Assembly (NCBI GenBank): GCA_003553445.1
Contig: PWEK01000017.1
Location: forward strand, 89-64,088
DNA length: 64,000 nucleotides
Reading direction: 5' to 3'
Origin: Elusimicrobiota bacterium
Lineage (GTDB): Bacteria; CG03; SLGR01
This document shows positions 18,951 to 28,448 of the stretch, piece after piece. Position 1 is the first letter of the stretch. Every line of letters begins with the position of its first letter. The translations under genes were made by a program, and so were the position numbers. The notes beneath the pieces were generated by a model. It saw only the letters and a program-made list of their open reading frames with translations, searched no databases and had not been told where the DNA came from.

Positions 18951-20840
18951 TTACTCAATAATAATAGATTCCGAATCTATTATGGAACAATAATCCTCCA
19001 GGGTGCCATCCGAAAGGCAACATTCAATTATTTTTTTTCCTTCGGGAAGAAGACCCGGTTCCAGAAATTTCTTTATCTGAGTTTTAAAAAAACCGCTCAG
19101 CATTTCATATCCCTTATCATATGCCTCATACCCAACCTCAGGCTGGTTTTCAACCCTCAGAAACTCTTTTTCGAGCATATTTCCCTCAATCATCAGTTTT
19201 TGGATGGCGTAACCAAGAAGGGGAGCCCTTGCAGGGGTTATCTGTTTTTCCGTAAACCACGCCCCGCCCCTCCGGGCAAGGTACTCTCTTGCAATCCACT
19301 GCGGCATAAATCCGACCTTCCATGCCCCGATATACTGATTAGGAGTCAATATATATCGTACTTTAGGAAACTCAATAATCTGCTTTAAAAGCAGGTTGGC
19401 CTGTTTTATTTTTTTTCCTGTCGCAAAAGGCCAGTACGATCCAACGCCTTCAGAACTCATGCCCTCAGAAACAATAATACTCGGATTTGAAGCGCCTCTC
19501 GGGGAGACAAGCCTCCACAGCCAGGCAAGGGCCGGAGGAAGAACATGGAAAAGCCCAAATATACCGTAAGTCGGGTTTTCTTTCGTGCATACGGGGGTCC
19601 TTACACCGAAACTCCTTATATCGACCTCAACCGGTTCATCGATAGCCTCCTCAACCGCTTTTCTTGGAAGAACAAGCCTGGGGTTGGGACACGGCTTGCC
19701 GGGCTCATCATGTATATGCTCCCATATCAACGCAGTACTTCCGGGAGCCACATCCAGGTTCAGAAAAAGCATTGGTTCCCTATTCATGCATGATATCTCC
19801 TCAAGATGGGGATCAGTTCCATAACGTTCTATATGATTCACACGCATAAACCAGGAGTTCTCCGCATCCTGGAGGGTAAGCTTCCCCCTGTTCTTCTGAA
19901 TCTCGGGATTTGTCACCGCCATATCATCGGTCACAGGCCTTAGGTTACAACCCTGGGGAAGAGTTATATATCTCTCTTCTCCGGTAACTGTGTTGCGGCC
20001 CAGCAGCAGCCTTCCGCTTCTCTCCCTGTGCATGTCCTCAAGCATCTCACTCTTTCCGCTCCCGCTGGCTCCTTCATGGGAAATGTTGATTTTGTTGTCA
20101 TAAGGGGTTATCACCTGAACCGTAGAACAGTGAAGCGTAACCCATTCTTCAAATTCACCCTGGTTTATAAGCATTCCGTAAACACCCTTTTTTGCGCTGG
20201 GACCGGGATAAAGGTTATAACTGAACATTTCATGAAAATCATTCTTTCTTCTGTGAACCACAACCTGTTTTCCATCAAAATGGGTGTGCCTGAAAGGTGG
20301 CGCCACAAATATTGCGGCACCGGCTTTAAACTCTTTCTCCAACTTTGAAGTATCAACCACCCCCTGAAGAAGCCCCAGCCCGAGGGCGAAAAAACCGGCA
20401 TTTGCCGGAGCCAAAGCTATAGCGTCGTTTCCAAGGTTTTTAGGGCCCGCTTTAAATAAAAAGACACACAGTTTCTGGCTTTTAAGCCATTCAACGGTTT
20501 CATCTCTGAGCTCCTCAAAATCATACCCGAACCTTTCATCGAATTTTTCCTTGTCCGTAGGAAAATCGTCAGCCACCAGGAGGCTGTCGGGATCACGGCG
20601 CCTCATATAGGCCTCGGTGTAATTCGCCGCCACCCCGTTTTTTACTTTGCAGACTCTGGCTTCGGTATACCTGCCTTCACCGGGAATTTCATAATCTACG
20701 TCATGCCATCCGTTGTCAGATGCCCCCGCGCAGGAAAGCTCTACAAGTTCCTCTACATTATTTGCCAGCACATACTCCGGGCACTCTGAAAGTATTTCTT
20801 CTATTACTTTCGGGAAAATTATTTTATCTGTTTTCTTCAT
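18951..20840 (-). CDS. Conserved hypothetical P-loop protein, HprK/PEPCK-like nucleotide-binding motif (resembles DUF4914 family)
   Basis: 629-aa ORF. HEGASGSGKSEMLE resembles the HPr-kinase/PEPCK-type P-loop (G-x-S-G-x-G-K-S-E). Length and N-terminus fit my recollection of DUF4914 proteins. Confidence 0.5.
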   Translation of the reverse strand: MKKTDKIIFPKVIEEILSECPEYVLANNVEELVELSCAGASDNGWHDVDYEIPGEGRYTEARVCKVKNGVAANYTEAYMRRRDPDSLLVADDFPTDKEKFDERFGYDFEELRDETVEWLKSQKLCVFLFKAGPKNLGNDAIALAPANAGFFALGLGLLQGVVDTSKLEKEFKAGAAIFVAPPFRHTHFDGKQVVVHRRKNDFHEMFSYNLYPGPSAKKGVYGMLINQGEFEEWVTLHCSTVQVITPYDNKINISHEGASGSGKSEMLEDMHRERSGRLLLGRNTVTGEERYITLPQGCNLRPVTDDMAVTNPEIQKNRGKLTLQDAENSWFMRVNHIERYGTDPHLEEISCMNREPMLFLNLDVAPGSTALIWEHIHDEPGKPCPNPRLVLPRKAVEEAIDEPVEVDIRSFGVRTPVCTKENPTYGIFGLFHVLPPALAWLWRLVSPRGASNPSIIVSEGMSSEGVGSYWPFATGKKIKQANLLLKQIIEFPKVRYILTPNQYIGAWKVGFMPQWIAREYLARRGGAWFTEKQITPARAPLLGYAIQKLMIEGNMLEKEFLRVENQPEVGYEAYDKGYEMLSGFFKTQIKKFLEPGLLPEGKKIIECCLSDGTLEDYCSIIDSESIIIE

Positions 20841-21021
20841 CTTTTACACCTTTCCATAAAATTTTTTTTATTAGTATAAATCAGTATTTTATGTCATTTT
20901 TTTCAGGTTTTGTCAAAAATTAACGAAAAAAAACTATATGAAATGATATTTCACGCGCAGTTCATATGTATTTCGCCTTTATTTCACAAAAATAATGTAT
21001 ATTTTATTAAAGGAGAGAAAA

Positions 21022-22119
21022 ATGAACAGGAAATCAACTGGCACAATACTAATATTATCAACTTTTATCATAATACAGGCGGCTATTTGTTTCGGCAGTA
21101 TAAACGGCCTCCACAGCGGGGTTGAGGATATAATGCCGGAATCAAACTCAAATTCATGGGAAGCACCCTCGGTAGAAAAAAACAAGGAAGAAGAAAGCCA
21201 GCCAGAAAGCAGCAGTGAAGAAAACCAGGATGAAAGCAGGCTTCCCGAGAACAGCTTTGTTGTCTCCTCCGGTGTAGACGTATCGGGATTAATGGGCATC
21301 GCTGAAAGACTGGAAGCCTTCCCCGGAATAAGAAGAGCTGTCTCCGCTGCAGTAACAACAATACTGTCAGTAATAAGCAGGGACTCCAGAGGCCCCGCGC
21401 TTCTTAAAGCAGTTCAAAAGCCTGTAATGACTTTCCTTAACAACTTAACCGAAAATATCGACAATGCACTCAGAATGCTGGGGCCGCTGGCGCCGTCAAT
21501 AATGACCGGTTCGGGAAATAATGTCCCTGAATTCGTGGAAACCGAAAAAATTTCTAAAGAGGAAAAAAAAGAATACTTAAACACGCTGGAAAATCTTCAA
21601 ACCCCCCAGCAAATAGTGGATTTCCTTAACGGGGAAATTGACGGAGATAAAACCGAGTACGTTCTTACAGCACACAATGTTTTATTTGGGGACCCTGAGC
21701 AGCTCTTTTTTTCAAGGAAGGCCGTATGCACCGGTTTCTCCCGGTTTGCCCAGGAGGCTCTTGAGAGCATGCCGGAAGGCAATGAGCCTTATGAAACCAA
21801 ATTGATAGTTGAAACGTATGACGACCTGTCCGTGCCTCACATAATGCTGGCTTACAGGGAACCGGAAACCGGGAAGTGGGGGTTTCTGAGCCCCTGGGAA
21901 GACCACTCTCCCGAAACGATAGAAGACGCCGGAATATCACCTGACGGCCCCCGGGCAATAGTCGAATACATAAGCAGCGAGCTTGGAGGAAGAGAAAGAA
22001 TTACTTTTTTAACGGATAACACTTTCAGGATATTTGATCAATCTTTCACAATTGATGAGGAAGAAAACATACGCAAAGAGAATTTTCTGGAAACACTTCT
22101 GGGCCGTTTTACAGCTTAA
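21022..22119 (+). CDS. Secreted protein with acidic low-complexity linker and transglutaminase-like (Cys-His-Asp/Glu) core
   Basis: RBS AGGAGA at 21011-21016, then ATG 21022 (MNRKSTGTILILSTFIIIQAAICFG signal). Linker EKNKEEESQPESSSEENQDES. Candidate catalytic residues in KAVCTGFSRFAQE, VPHIMLAYRE, GKWGFLSPWED. Confidence 0.45.
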   Translation: MNRKSTGTILILSTFIIIQAAICFGSINGLHSGVEDIMPESNSNSWEAPSVEKNKEEESQPESSSEENQDESRLPENSFVVSSGVDVSGLMGIAERLEAFPGIRRAVSAAVTTILSVISRDSRGPALLKAVQKPVMTFLNNLTENIDNALRMLGPLAPSIMTGSGNNVPEFVETEKISKEEKKEYLNTLENLQTPQQIVDFLNGEIDGDKTEYVLTAHNVLFGDPEQLFFSRKAVCTGFSRFAQEALESMPEGNEPYETKLIVETYDDLSVPHIMLAYREPETGKWGFLSPWEDHSPETIEDAGISPDGPRAIVEYISSELGGRERITFLTDNTFRIFDQSFTIDEEENIRKENFLETLLGRFTA

Positions 22120-22132
22120 TTTATCAAATGCA

Positions 22133-22384
22133 TCAGCTGAATTCTTTATCCGGATAACTCAGCTTTACATGGGAGATGAAAATCAGGGACAGTATCTTAA
22201 TGTAGCCTTCTTTCTTTTTTAGAAAATTGCATATTTTCAAGATTTCATCCGCTGTATATTCCAGTTTATGGTCCAGGCCAACATTATTTACTGCCTCGCT
22301 GATTAAATTTTCAGCGCTTGCGCTTCCGACAGACTGACCGTAATGTTCAATAAGCTTTCTTCTTCTTACCTTTTCTTCAGACAT
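22133..22384 (-). CDS. Hypothetical 83-aa protein co-transcribed with the FIST sensor
   Basis: ORF lies 53 nt downstream of the FIST gene on the same strand. I recognise no family. Confidence 0.4.
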   Translation of the reverse strand: MSEEKVRRRKLIEHYGQSVGSASAENLISEAVNNVGLDHKLEYTADEILKICNFLKKKEGYIKILSLIFISHVKLSYPDKEFS

Positions 22385-22437
22385 TTATCTTTTCACCTCT
22401 TTGTTATAATACATTATTTCCACCTTGCCAAAACAAA

Positions 22438-23625
22438 CTATGCCGGTATCAAAAGCACCACTGTTGTGGTTTGATGAAAACCGCTTAACTGGCTTATTTC
22501 TTTTGCTATTTCGCCATATGTCTCAAACCCTATTAAAGGAACATTCAGCGTCTTTTTAATTTCACCTACGGCTTTTGGAAAATCATCTCCGAGAATAAGA
22601 TTTCTGCAGGCGCAGTCAAAAACCACGGCTCCGGCAATTTCTGTGTTGCCTGCGGCCTGAAGCGCTATTTCGGCAGCCTTTCTTGCAGAATCAATCTGGT
22701 CCTGCTTCGGGCTTTCCATTACCCTTATAACCATACCCTCGCTGATTGCCCCGGGAAAGACCAGGGGCCCATCGGTCTTTTTTGTTCCCCCCAGGAACCT
22801 TATTTTATAGCCCGTACCGATATGTATTCCCGCCTCGAACCTGACAAAGAAATCCGTGAGAGTTTTTTCCGTAAATTCATCCACATCAATTCCCGCTTTT
22901 TCAGCCTTTTCTCTTGCATATTCCTTCCATACTTCCAGAGCCGGTTTTCCATCAATCTCACAAATCGTATTTCCCCTGGTTTTGGTAATTGTAAGCGGCG
23001 GGCTTATGGGAGAATGACCGTGCTGTACCCCTATCGCCACCGGAGCCTTTGAAGCTATCATAGCCATACCAGCCATATCAGCAGAGCTCTCCTCATTATA
23101 AAAAACCCTTGTGCTCTCAAACTTAAGGTCATCTCCTGCAGCTCCCCCGGCAATTTTCACATTAGGGCCCATTGCTTCCCCTGCTGACAGGACCACCTCA
23201 TCACCGTTAAAAGTCAAACCGTCCATCATAAGTATTGCAGAATTGAAAGGATAACCCTCCACTTTGGAGGGAAGCTTCTCAGCGGCTTTCTTCATTCCCT
23301 TCAACTCATTTCCCTTTAAATTATCTGCCCTGCTAAGAAAAAACCTGTGAGTATCCCCTGAAATTACCGCACATCCGACGCTTTCTTTGCTTGCTTTTTC
23401 TTCATTGAACTCCCCGGCGGAAGATGCCCCGATTAAAGGAGCATTGCCGGTAGCCTCCTTCACACCTCGAATTACCTCACTGTAATTATATACACTGGAG
23501 GCGAAAACCAAGGACAGGTTAACTTTCTCTGAACCGGCCTTCTTCATTGCCTCTTTAGCCGCCAGGCTTCCGGCCTGAAAGCTGTCAGCTTCTTTAACAA
23601 CCGCCGTACCGAATTTTGTCCCCAT
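22438..23625 (-). CDS. Stand-alone FIST_N + FIST_C signal-transduction sensor protein
   Basis: 395 aa. N-terminus GTAVVKEADSFQAGSLAAKEAMKKAG..LSLVFASSVY and C-terminal GFETYGEI..GFHQTTTVVLL match the FIST architecture. RBS AAGGAGA. Confidence 0.7.
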   Translation of the reverse strand: MGTKFGTAVVKEADSFQAGSLAAKEAMKKAGSEKVNLSLVFASSVYNYSEVIRGVKEATGNAPLIGASSAGEFNEEKASKESVGCAVISGDTHRFFLSRADNLKGNELKGMKKAAEKLPSKVEGYPFNSAILMMDGLTFNGDEVVLSAGEAMGPNVKIAGGAAGDDLKFESTRVFYNEESSADMAGMAMIASKAPVAIGVQHGHSPISPPLTITKTRGNTICEIDGKPALEVWKEYAREKAEKAGIDVDEFTEKTLTDFFVRFEAGIHIGTGYKIRFLGGTKKTDGPLVFPGAISEGMVIRVMESPKQDQIDSARKAAEIALQAAGNTEIAGAVVFDCACRNLILGDDFPKAVGEIKKTLNVPLIGFETYGEIAKEISQLSGFHQTTTVVLLIPA

Positions 23626-23681
23626 CTTTTTCTCCTTTGCAATAATGATATGCCCCTTAAACAGTTAATTATAACAAAACA

Positions 23682-23710
23682 ATACTAATCGCAGATTCAT
23701 AATTTTTCAA
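23682..23710 (-). promoter_or_regulatory. Sigma-70-like promoter upstream of the FIST gene
   Basis: Reverse strand has TTGAAA (23710-23705), a 17-nt spacer aattatgaatctgcgat, then TAGTAT (23687-23682). Confidence 0.45.
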
Positions 23711-23843
23711 ATAAACAGTATTGTAAACTTTGCTGATTTTAAGGCTTATTCTAATTTGCTTACGAACAAGGAATGTATTTACAGAAGGCTTTTAATATAC
23801 AACTGATACTAAAATCAATTAACTGATTTTCTAAAAAACAAAT

Positions 23844-24242
23844 TCAATAATCAAATGAAACATCAACTTCAAACTCATCATCCGAGGGACCCCGGCTTAT
23901 TTTAATAGTCCAATCATTTAAACCCTCTTCTTGCCACTTTAATTGATTTGCTAATGCATTCCATCTGCTATCAGTGGTACTTGAATCAATAATGTAAGAC
24001 TCATTGCCTTCATCCAGGTGTTCCCTTATTTCCCTGGAGTTCCATGCTATCCATAAATAGGTAAATCTCAATGCCGACAGCGACGCATAAAAGGCTTTAG
24101 TTCGTTGCACTTCATCACCCCTAACACCGGTGCCTGTATGCTGGATTGTATTAAGTAATGCTAATCCGCTCAACGTCATAATAAGTGAAACAATTACTGC
24201 CAATGCAAGCACAGAACCTTCATTTCCCTTTTTAATCATCAC
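23844..24242 (-). CDS. PilX/GspK-like minor pseudopilin
   Basis: 132 aa. The N-terminal KGNEGSVLALAVIVSLIMTLSGLALLNT resembles the PilX_N-type hydrophobic segment. The start overlaps the upstream stop by 4 nt. Confidence 0.5.
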   Translation of the reverse strand: MMIKKGNEGSVLALAVIVSLIMTLSGLALLNTIQHTGTGVRGDEVQRTKAFYASLSALRFTYLWIAWNSREIREHLDEGNESYIIDSSTTDSRWNALANQLKWQEEGLNDWTIKISRGPSDDEFEVDVSFDY

Positions 24243-24754
24243 ATATCCCCCAGCATTGTCAATCCAGTGCGCAGCTGAAGCTCTTCTCTTCCGTCTTCAA
24301 CACCGATTTCCAGAACTAAAAAGTCACCTTCCAGCTCCGCATGGAAATGAGTTACATTTTCCGCAATTGTATTCCAATCACCACTATCGTCAGGATAACA
24401 TTCCTGAAACTTTCCATCGTTTAATCGAAATGAAACGACTCTGTCTACACCTTCATCCTTATGTTTAGAATGATAGTAGTGTCCTCCTCTAATCTCTGCC
24501 GAAAGCTCATTTTCATTTTCATCAAAACTGACTGTTGCCGGTATTGCAAACATCAATTTGCCGTTCAAACCTCGCATTGCGGTTCTGGCGCCCTGGGTTT
24601 TATCAGAACGCTCTATTATAGTCGTTCTCATTGTATGCTCATTTACGAAATATGCTCCTATAGTTATAAAGATAATCCCGGCTATGACCATAGCTGTCAT
24701 AAGTTCTGTAAGTGATATCCCGCTGTTACTTCTTTTTAATAATCTTGAGCTCAT
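24239..24754 (-). CDS. Type IV pilin-like / GspJ-PilW-like pseudopilin
   Basis: Prepilin-type N-terminal motif SNSG-ISLTELMTAMVIAGIIFITIG (Glu at +5). 171 aa. 4-nt overlaps on both sides. Confidence 0.65.
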   Translation of the reverse strand: MSSRLLKRSNSGISLTELMTAMVIAGIIFITIGAYFVNEHTMRTTIIERSDKTQGARTAMRGLNGKLMFAIPATVSFDENENELSAEIRGGHYYHSKHKDEGVDRVVSFRLNDGKFQECYPDDSGDWNTIAENVTHFHAELEGDFLVLEIGVEDGREELQLRTGLTMLGDM

Positions 24755-25146
24755 TCTTCCTCTGATATTTCAACGGATACTTCAAGCAGTTTATAACTGC
24801 CTTTATCTTCAATTTGATACCTTCTTGCTGCATTCACGAAACTTCCGAAATTGCCAGCTCCGGGAACTGGATCTTCACCTGACTCTTCAATCCAATCCTG
24901 GGGCATTCTCCATGTAAATCTTTCCATTGTCTCTTTCGCCAGATTTACGCCTTTTAAGTCAGATTCAAAATCAGTTACAAACTGACTGCTGCTGAAGAGA
25001 AAAAAAATCCCTCCCAATGCCGTTATCCCAAGAATTATAATTGCAATCATGGTCTCTATAAGCGTAAAACCACGGGAATTCTTTACTTTTTTATCTCCCA
25101 TTTGACATTTTACATTCTTTGTGCTATAATTAGTAGTAAAAAACAT
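24751..25146 (-). CDS. Type IV pilin-like pseudopilin (prepilin N-terminal methylation motif)
   Basis: KNSRG-FTLIETMIAIIILGI is the canonical class III signal / N-methylation motif. RBS AGAGGG lies 6 nt before ATG 25146; an alternative start MGDKK is at 25101. Confidence 0.75.
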   Translation of the reverse strand: MFFTTNYSTKNVKCQMGDKKVKNSRGFTLIETMIAIIILGITALGGIFFLFSSSQFVTDFESDLKGVNLAKETMERFTWRMPQDWIEESGEDPVPGAGNFGSFVNAARRYQIEDKGSYKLLEVSVEISEEE

Positions 25147-25167
25147 TTTTTACCCTCTCTTACTAAA

Positions 25168-25196
25168 TTAATAACACAGATTCACAAATTTTTCAA
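25168..25196 (-). promoter_or_regulatory. Extended -10 sigma-70-like promoter of the pseudopilin operon
   Basis: Reverse strand has TTGAAA (25196-25191), a 17-nt spacer ending TGT, then TATTAA (25173-25168). RBS AGAGGG and ATG 25146 follow closely. Confidence 0.5.
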
Positions 25197-25381
25197 CATA
25201 AACTTGTGTGAGTTTTAAGCTCTATTCATAGACAAAAATAAAATTAAAAAACCCCTTAGCTTTTACCGACCGCACATACAGTCTTTAATTCGGTTTCATT
25301 ATCACAATGGGAGGGTTGGCTTCGGCATACGAAAAAGAAACGTTTATCACCATCTGAAAAATTAATGTTTTAAGAGAAATT

Positions 25382-28300
25382 CTAACTGCTTTTCCTGCGA
25401 CTCTCCACATACTCATAAACCACAGGAATTATAAAAAGGGTAAGGAAGGTGCCAGCCACAAGCCCGCCTATCACCGACTGGGCCACGGATGTTCTAATTT
25501 CAAACCCCTCCATTCTGTTGAGGGCTACCGGGATCATGGCAAAAACAGTGGTCATTGCGGTCATGAGTATTGGCCTGAGCCTTGTTTTTCCCCCTTCAAC
25601 TACCGCATCTCTCAATATCATGCCGTGCTCACGCCTGAGAAGATTAACATAATCTATAAGCACAATCGCATTATTTACGATTATTCCAAAGAGTATGAGG
25701 CCCCCCATAGCCGATGGCATTGATATAGTGGTGCCGGTCAGGGACAGTAAGAGTATTGCTCCCACAAAAGCAAGGGGGATACTGAGCATCAGTATAAGAG
25801 GATGAATAAAAGACTCAAACTGTGATGCCATTACCATATAAACAAGAAGCAAAGCCAGTGCAAAAAGCTGCGCCAGCGTAACAAACATTTCCCGCATGTC
25901 TTCAACCTCACCCCCAAAATCCAGTGAGTATCCGACAGGCATTTCAATGTCTTTTAACCCCCTTTCAACCCTGTTTATCGCTTCCGACAAGCCTATTCCC
26001 TCGTAATTTGCTCCTATCATAACTTTACGCCGGCGGTTTTCCCTCATAAGCCTGATCGGACCCTCTTCTTCTTCCAGACTTGAAAACTGCAGAAGGCTTA
26101 TGTTCCTCCCGTCGGGAGTAAGAACAGGAAGATTGGCTAGTTTTTGCAGATTATCTCTGCTCTCTTCTTCGAGAATAACCTCTATATCATACTCTTTTCC
26201 CCCCTCCCGAAAGATTGCGGCTCTCTGGCCGGCAGTGAGAATATTTATCACCCCGGCCGCTTCGCCGACAGGCACCCCGAGCTCCGAAGCCTTACGGCGA
26301 TCAAGCCTCACGGCGATTTCCGGGCGGCCCTCTTCAATAGTAGAAGAAATATCATACACACCCCCAGCCTCCCCCATAACCTCAACAACCTGTTCGGAAA
26401 GCGAAGTTAAAACATCCAGGTCCGGGCCATATATATTAACCTGCAGCGGCTGCTCAACACCCCCACCGGCTATCATAACCCTGCCAATGTCCAAAGTGCG
26501 CACATCAAATTTCGCATCAGGAGGAAGCCCCCGCCTTATATTATGAAATATTTCCTCATTACTCCTGTCTCTTTTGTCGGAGGGTTTCATGCTTACATAC
26601 AAAGACGCCTCATGAGGGCCTGCAGGGCCGATTCCCATCATTGCATCTATTTCAGCCCCCTCAACCATACCCACTAAACTGGCGTAACTATCAACTTCAT
26701 CAATTTTCAGTAGCTCCTCCACCCTTCCTACGACCCGGGAAGTCTCTTCCAGAACCGTTCCTACCTCGCCTTCGACATCTATCATCATAAGCCTCTGATC
26801 TATGGTGGGGAAATATTCCCTGCTCATAAAGGGGAATACCGCCACCGCCACAGCTATTACTACGGCCGCTGTAATCAGAACCCTTGCCTTATGGTCCAGG
26901 GCGTACGTTAAAGCCCGGCTGTAAGAATTCTTCATGCTCTCTATCCACTGGCTCTTTTTCAGCGCCGACTCTCTCCGCATCAGCTTTGATGTAAGCATCG
27001 GTATTATCGAAAGAGCTATAATCAAAGAGCATATAAGCGAAGCGCTTACGGTAAGGGCAAGCTGGGAAAAAATTCTGCCCACAATGCCCCGTGTAAAAAA
27101 AAGCGGAAGAAAAACCGCCACCGTAGTAAATGTTGAGGCAATTAAAGCCACGCCAACCTCTTTTGCTCCTTCCGCAGAAGACTTTACGGGATCCGAGGTC
27201 ATTTCAAAATGGCGGTAAGCATTCTCAATCACGACTATGGCATTGTCCACCAGCATTCCCACCCCCAGCGCAATTCCTATAAGTATGACAAAATTAATGT
27301 TGTAACCAGCTGCAAATAGAGGAAGGAATGCAGCCAGGCCCGAAAGGGGAATGGCCACTGCAATCACAAGGGTAGCCCTCGGCGAGCGCAAAAACAGCAG
27401 CAGAATTAAAACAGCCAGAACACCTCCCGTAAGGGCCGAAGTGAGTGTCACAGTCAGTATTGTTGTAATTAAATCCCCTATATCAAGAAAACTTGTTATC
27501 CTAACATCTTCGGGTAGGCGCTCCTTAAGGTCTTCAATCTGGGACTCTATTCTTCTTGCGGTCAAAACAGGGTTTGCCTCAGACTCAGCCATCGCCATCA
27601 ATACGGGCCCCTCTCTCCCATTTATTCTGGAGAAAGCCCTTTCTTTTTTTAAGGTATCCTTAACATCGGCAATGTCTCGAAGAAAAACAGCCTCACCTTC
27701 CACAAAACCCACCGCAGTATTTTTTATGTCATCAACGGTTTCGTACTCACCTGTTATGCGAAGAGTAAATTCCCGGAAGCCTTTTTCTATTCTTCCCCCC
27801 GGCATTGAGGGTGAACCGCCGCCCACCGAAGCCACTACCTCGTTTACCGGTATCCGGTACTGAAGCAGTTTACCGGCATCAAGCTCAACACGTATCTCGC
27901 GCTCCTGAACCCCCCATGTATATACCGCAGCGGCTCCGTCGGCCTGCTCTATTGCAGGTTCTATTTCGTCCTCCACCAGCCTTGCCAGCTCAAGAGGGTC
28001 CATATCAGCGCTGATGCCGTACCCCACCACAGGCATCATGGCAGGATCAAACCTCATAACCTGGGGAGTATCCATATCAGCAGGCAGCATATACCTGATC
28101 ATCTCAATTTGATTTCTTATATCCTCGGCAGCCCGGTCTATGTCAGTTCCCCAGCTAAACTCCACGATAACCCCGGATACACCCTCCATCGTAAATGAAT
28201 TAATATTGCTCACCCCGTCAGCGGATGAAGCGGCTCTTTCAATTGGCCTGGTAACCAGCGTTTCCATATCCTCGGGGGCTACCCCTTCGTAGCTGGAAAC

Positions 28301-28441
28301 AACAGTAACGAGCGGAAATGTTATATCAGGCATCAAATCCAGACCCATGCGAGAAATAGAAAGAATTCCCAAAACCACAACAATAAGTATCATCATGGTT
28401 ATGGTAACCGGTTTTTTTACTGAATAATCAGGCAGCTTCAT
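25382..28441 (-). CDS. RND efflux permease (AcrB/HAE family)
   Basis: 1019 aa. N-terminus KKPVTITMMILIVVVLGILSISRMGLDLMPDITFPLVTV. 12-TM/2-loop architecture. VDNAIVVIENA motif. Confidence 0.9.
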   Translation of the reverse strand: MKLPDYSVKKPVTITMMILIVVVLGILSISRMGLDLMPDITFPLVTVVSSYEGVAPEDMETLVTRPIERAASSADGVSNINSFTMEGVSGVIVEFSWGTDIDRAAEDIRNQIEMIRYMLPADMDTPQVMRFDPAMMPVVGYGISADMDPLELARLVEDEIEPAIEQADGAAAVYTWGVQEREIRVELDAGKLLQYRIPVNEVVASVGGGSPSMPGGRIEKGFREFTLRITGEYETVDDIKNTAVGFVEGEAVFLRDIADVKDTLKKERAFSRINGREGPVLMAMAESEANPVLTARRIESQIEDLKERLPEDVRITSFLDIGDLITTILTVTLTSALTGGVLAVLILLLFLRSPRATLVIAVAIPLSGLAAFLPLFAAGYNINFVILIGIALGVGMLVDNAIVVIENAYRHFEMTSDPVKSSAEGAKEVGVALIASTFTTVAVFLPLFFTRGIVGRIFSQLALTVSASLICSLIIALSIIPMLTSKLMRRESALKKSQWIESMKNSYSRALTYALDHKARVLITAAVVIAVAVAVFPFMSREYFPTIDQRLMMIDVEGEVGTVLEETSRVVGRVEELLKIDEVDSYASLVGMVEGAEIDAMMGIGPAGPHEASLYVSMKPSDKRDRSNEEIFHNIRRGLPPDAKFDVRTLDIGRVMIAGGGVEQPLQVNIYGPDLDVLTSLSEQVVEVMGEAGGVYDISSTIEEGRPEIAVRLDRRKASELGVPVGEAAGVINILTAGQRAAIFREGGKEYDIEVILEEESRDNLQKLANLPVLTPDGRNISLLQFSSLEEEEGPIRLMRENRRRKVMIGANYEGIGLSEAINRVERGLKDIEMPVGYSLDFGGEVEDMREMFVTLAQLFALALLLVYMVMASQFESFIHPLILMLSIPLAFVGAILLLSLTGTTISMPSAMGGLILFGIIVNNAIVLIDYVNLLRREHGMILRDAVVEGGKTRLRPILMTAMTTVFAMIPVALNRMEGFEIRTSVAQSVIGGLVAGTFLTLFIIPVVYEYVESRRKSS

Positions 28442-28448
28442 TCTATAT

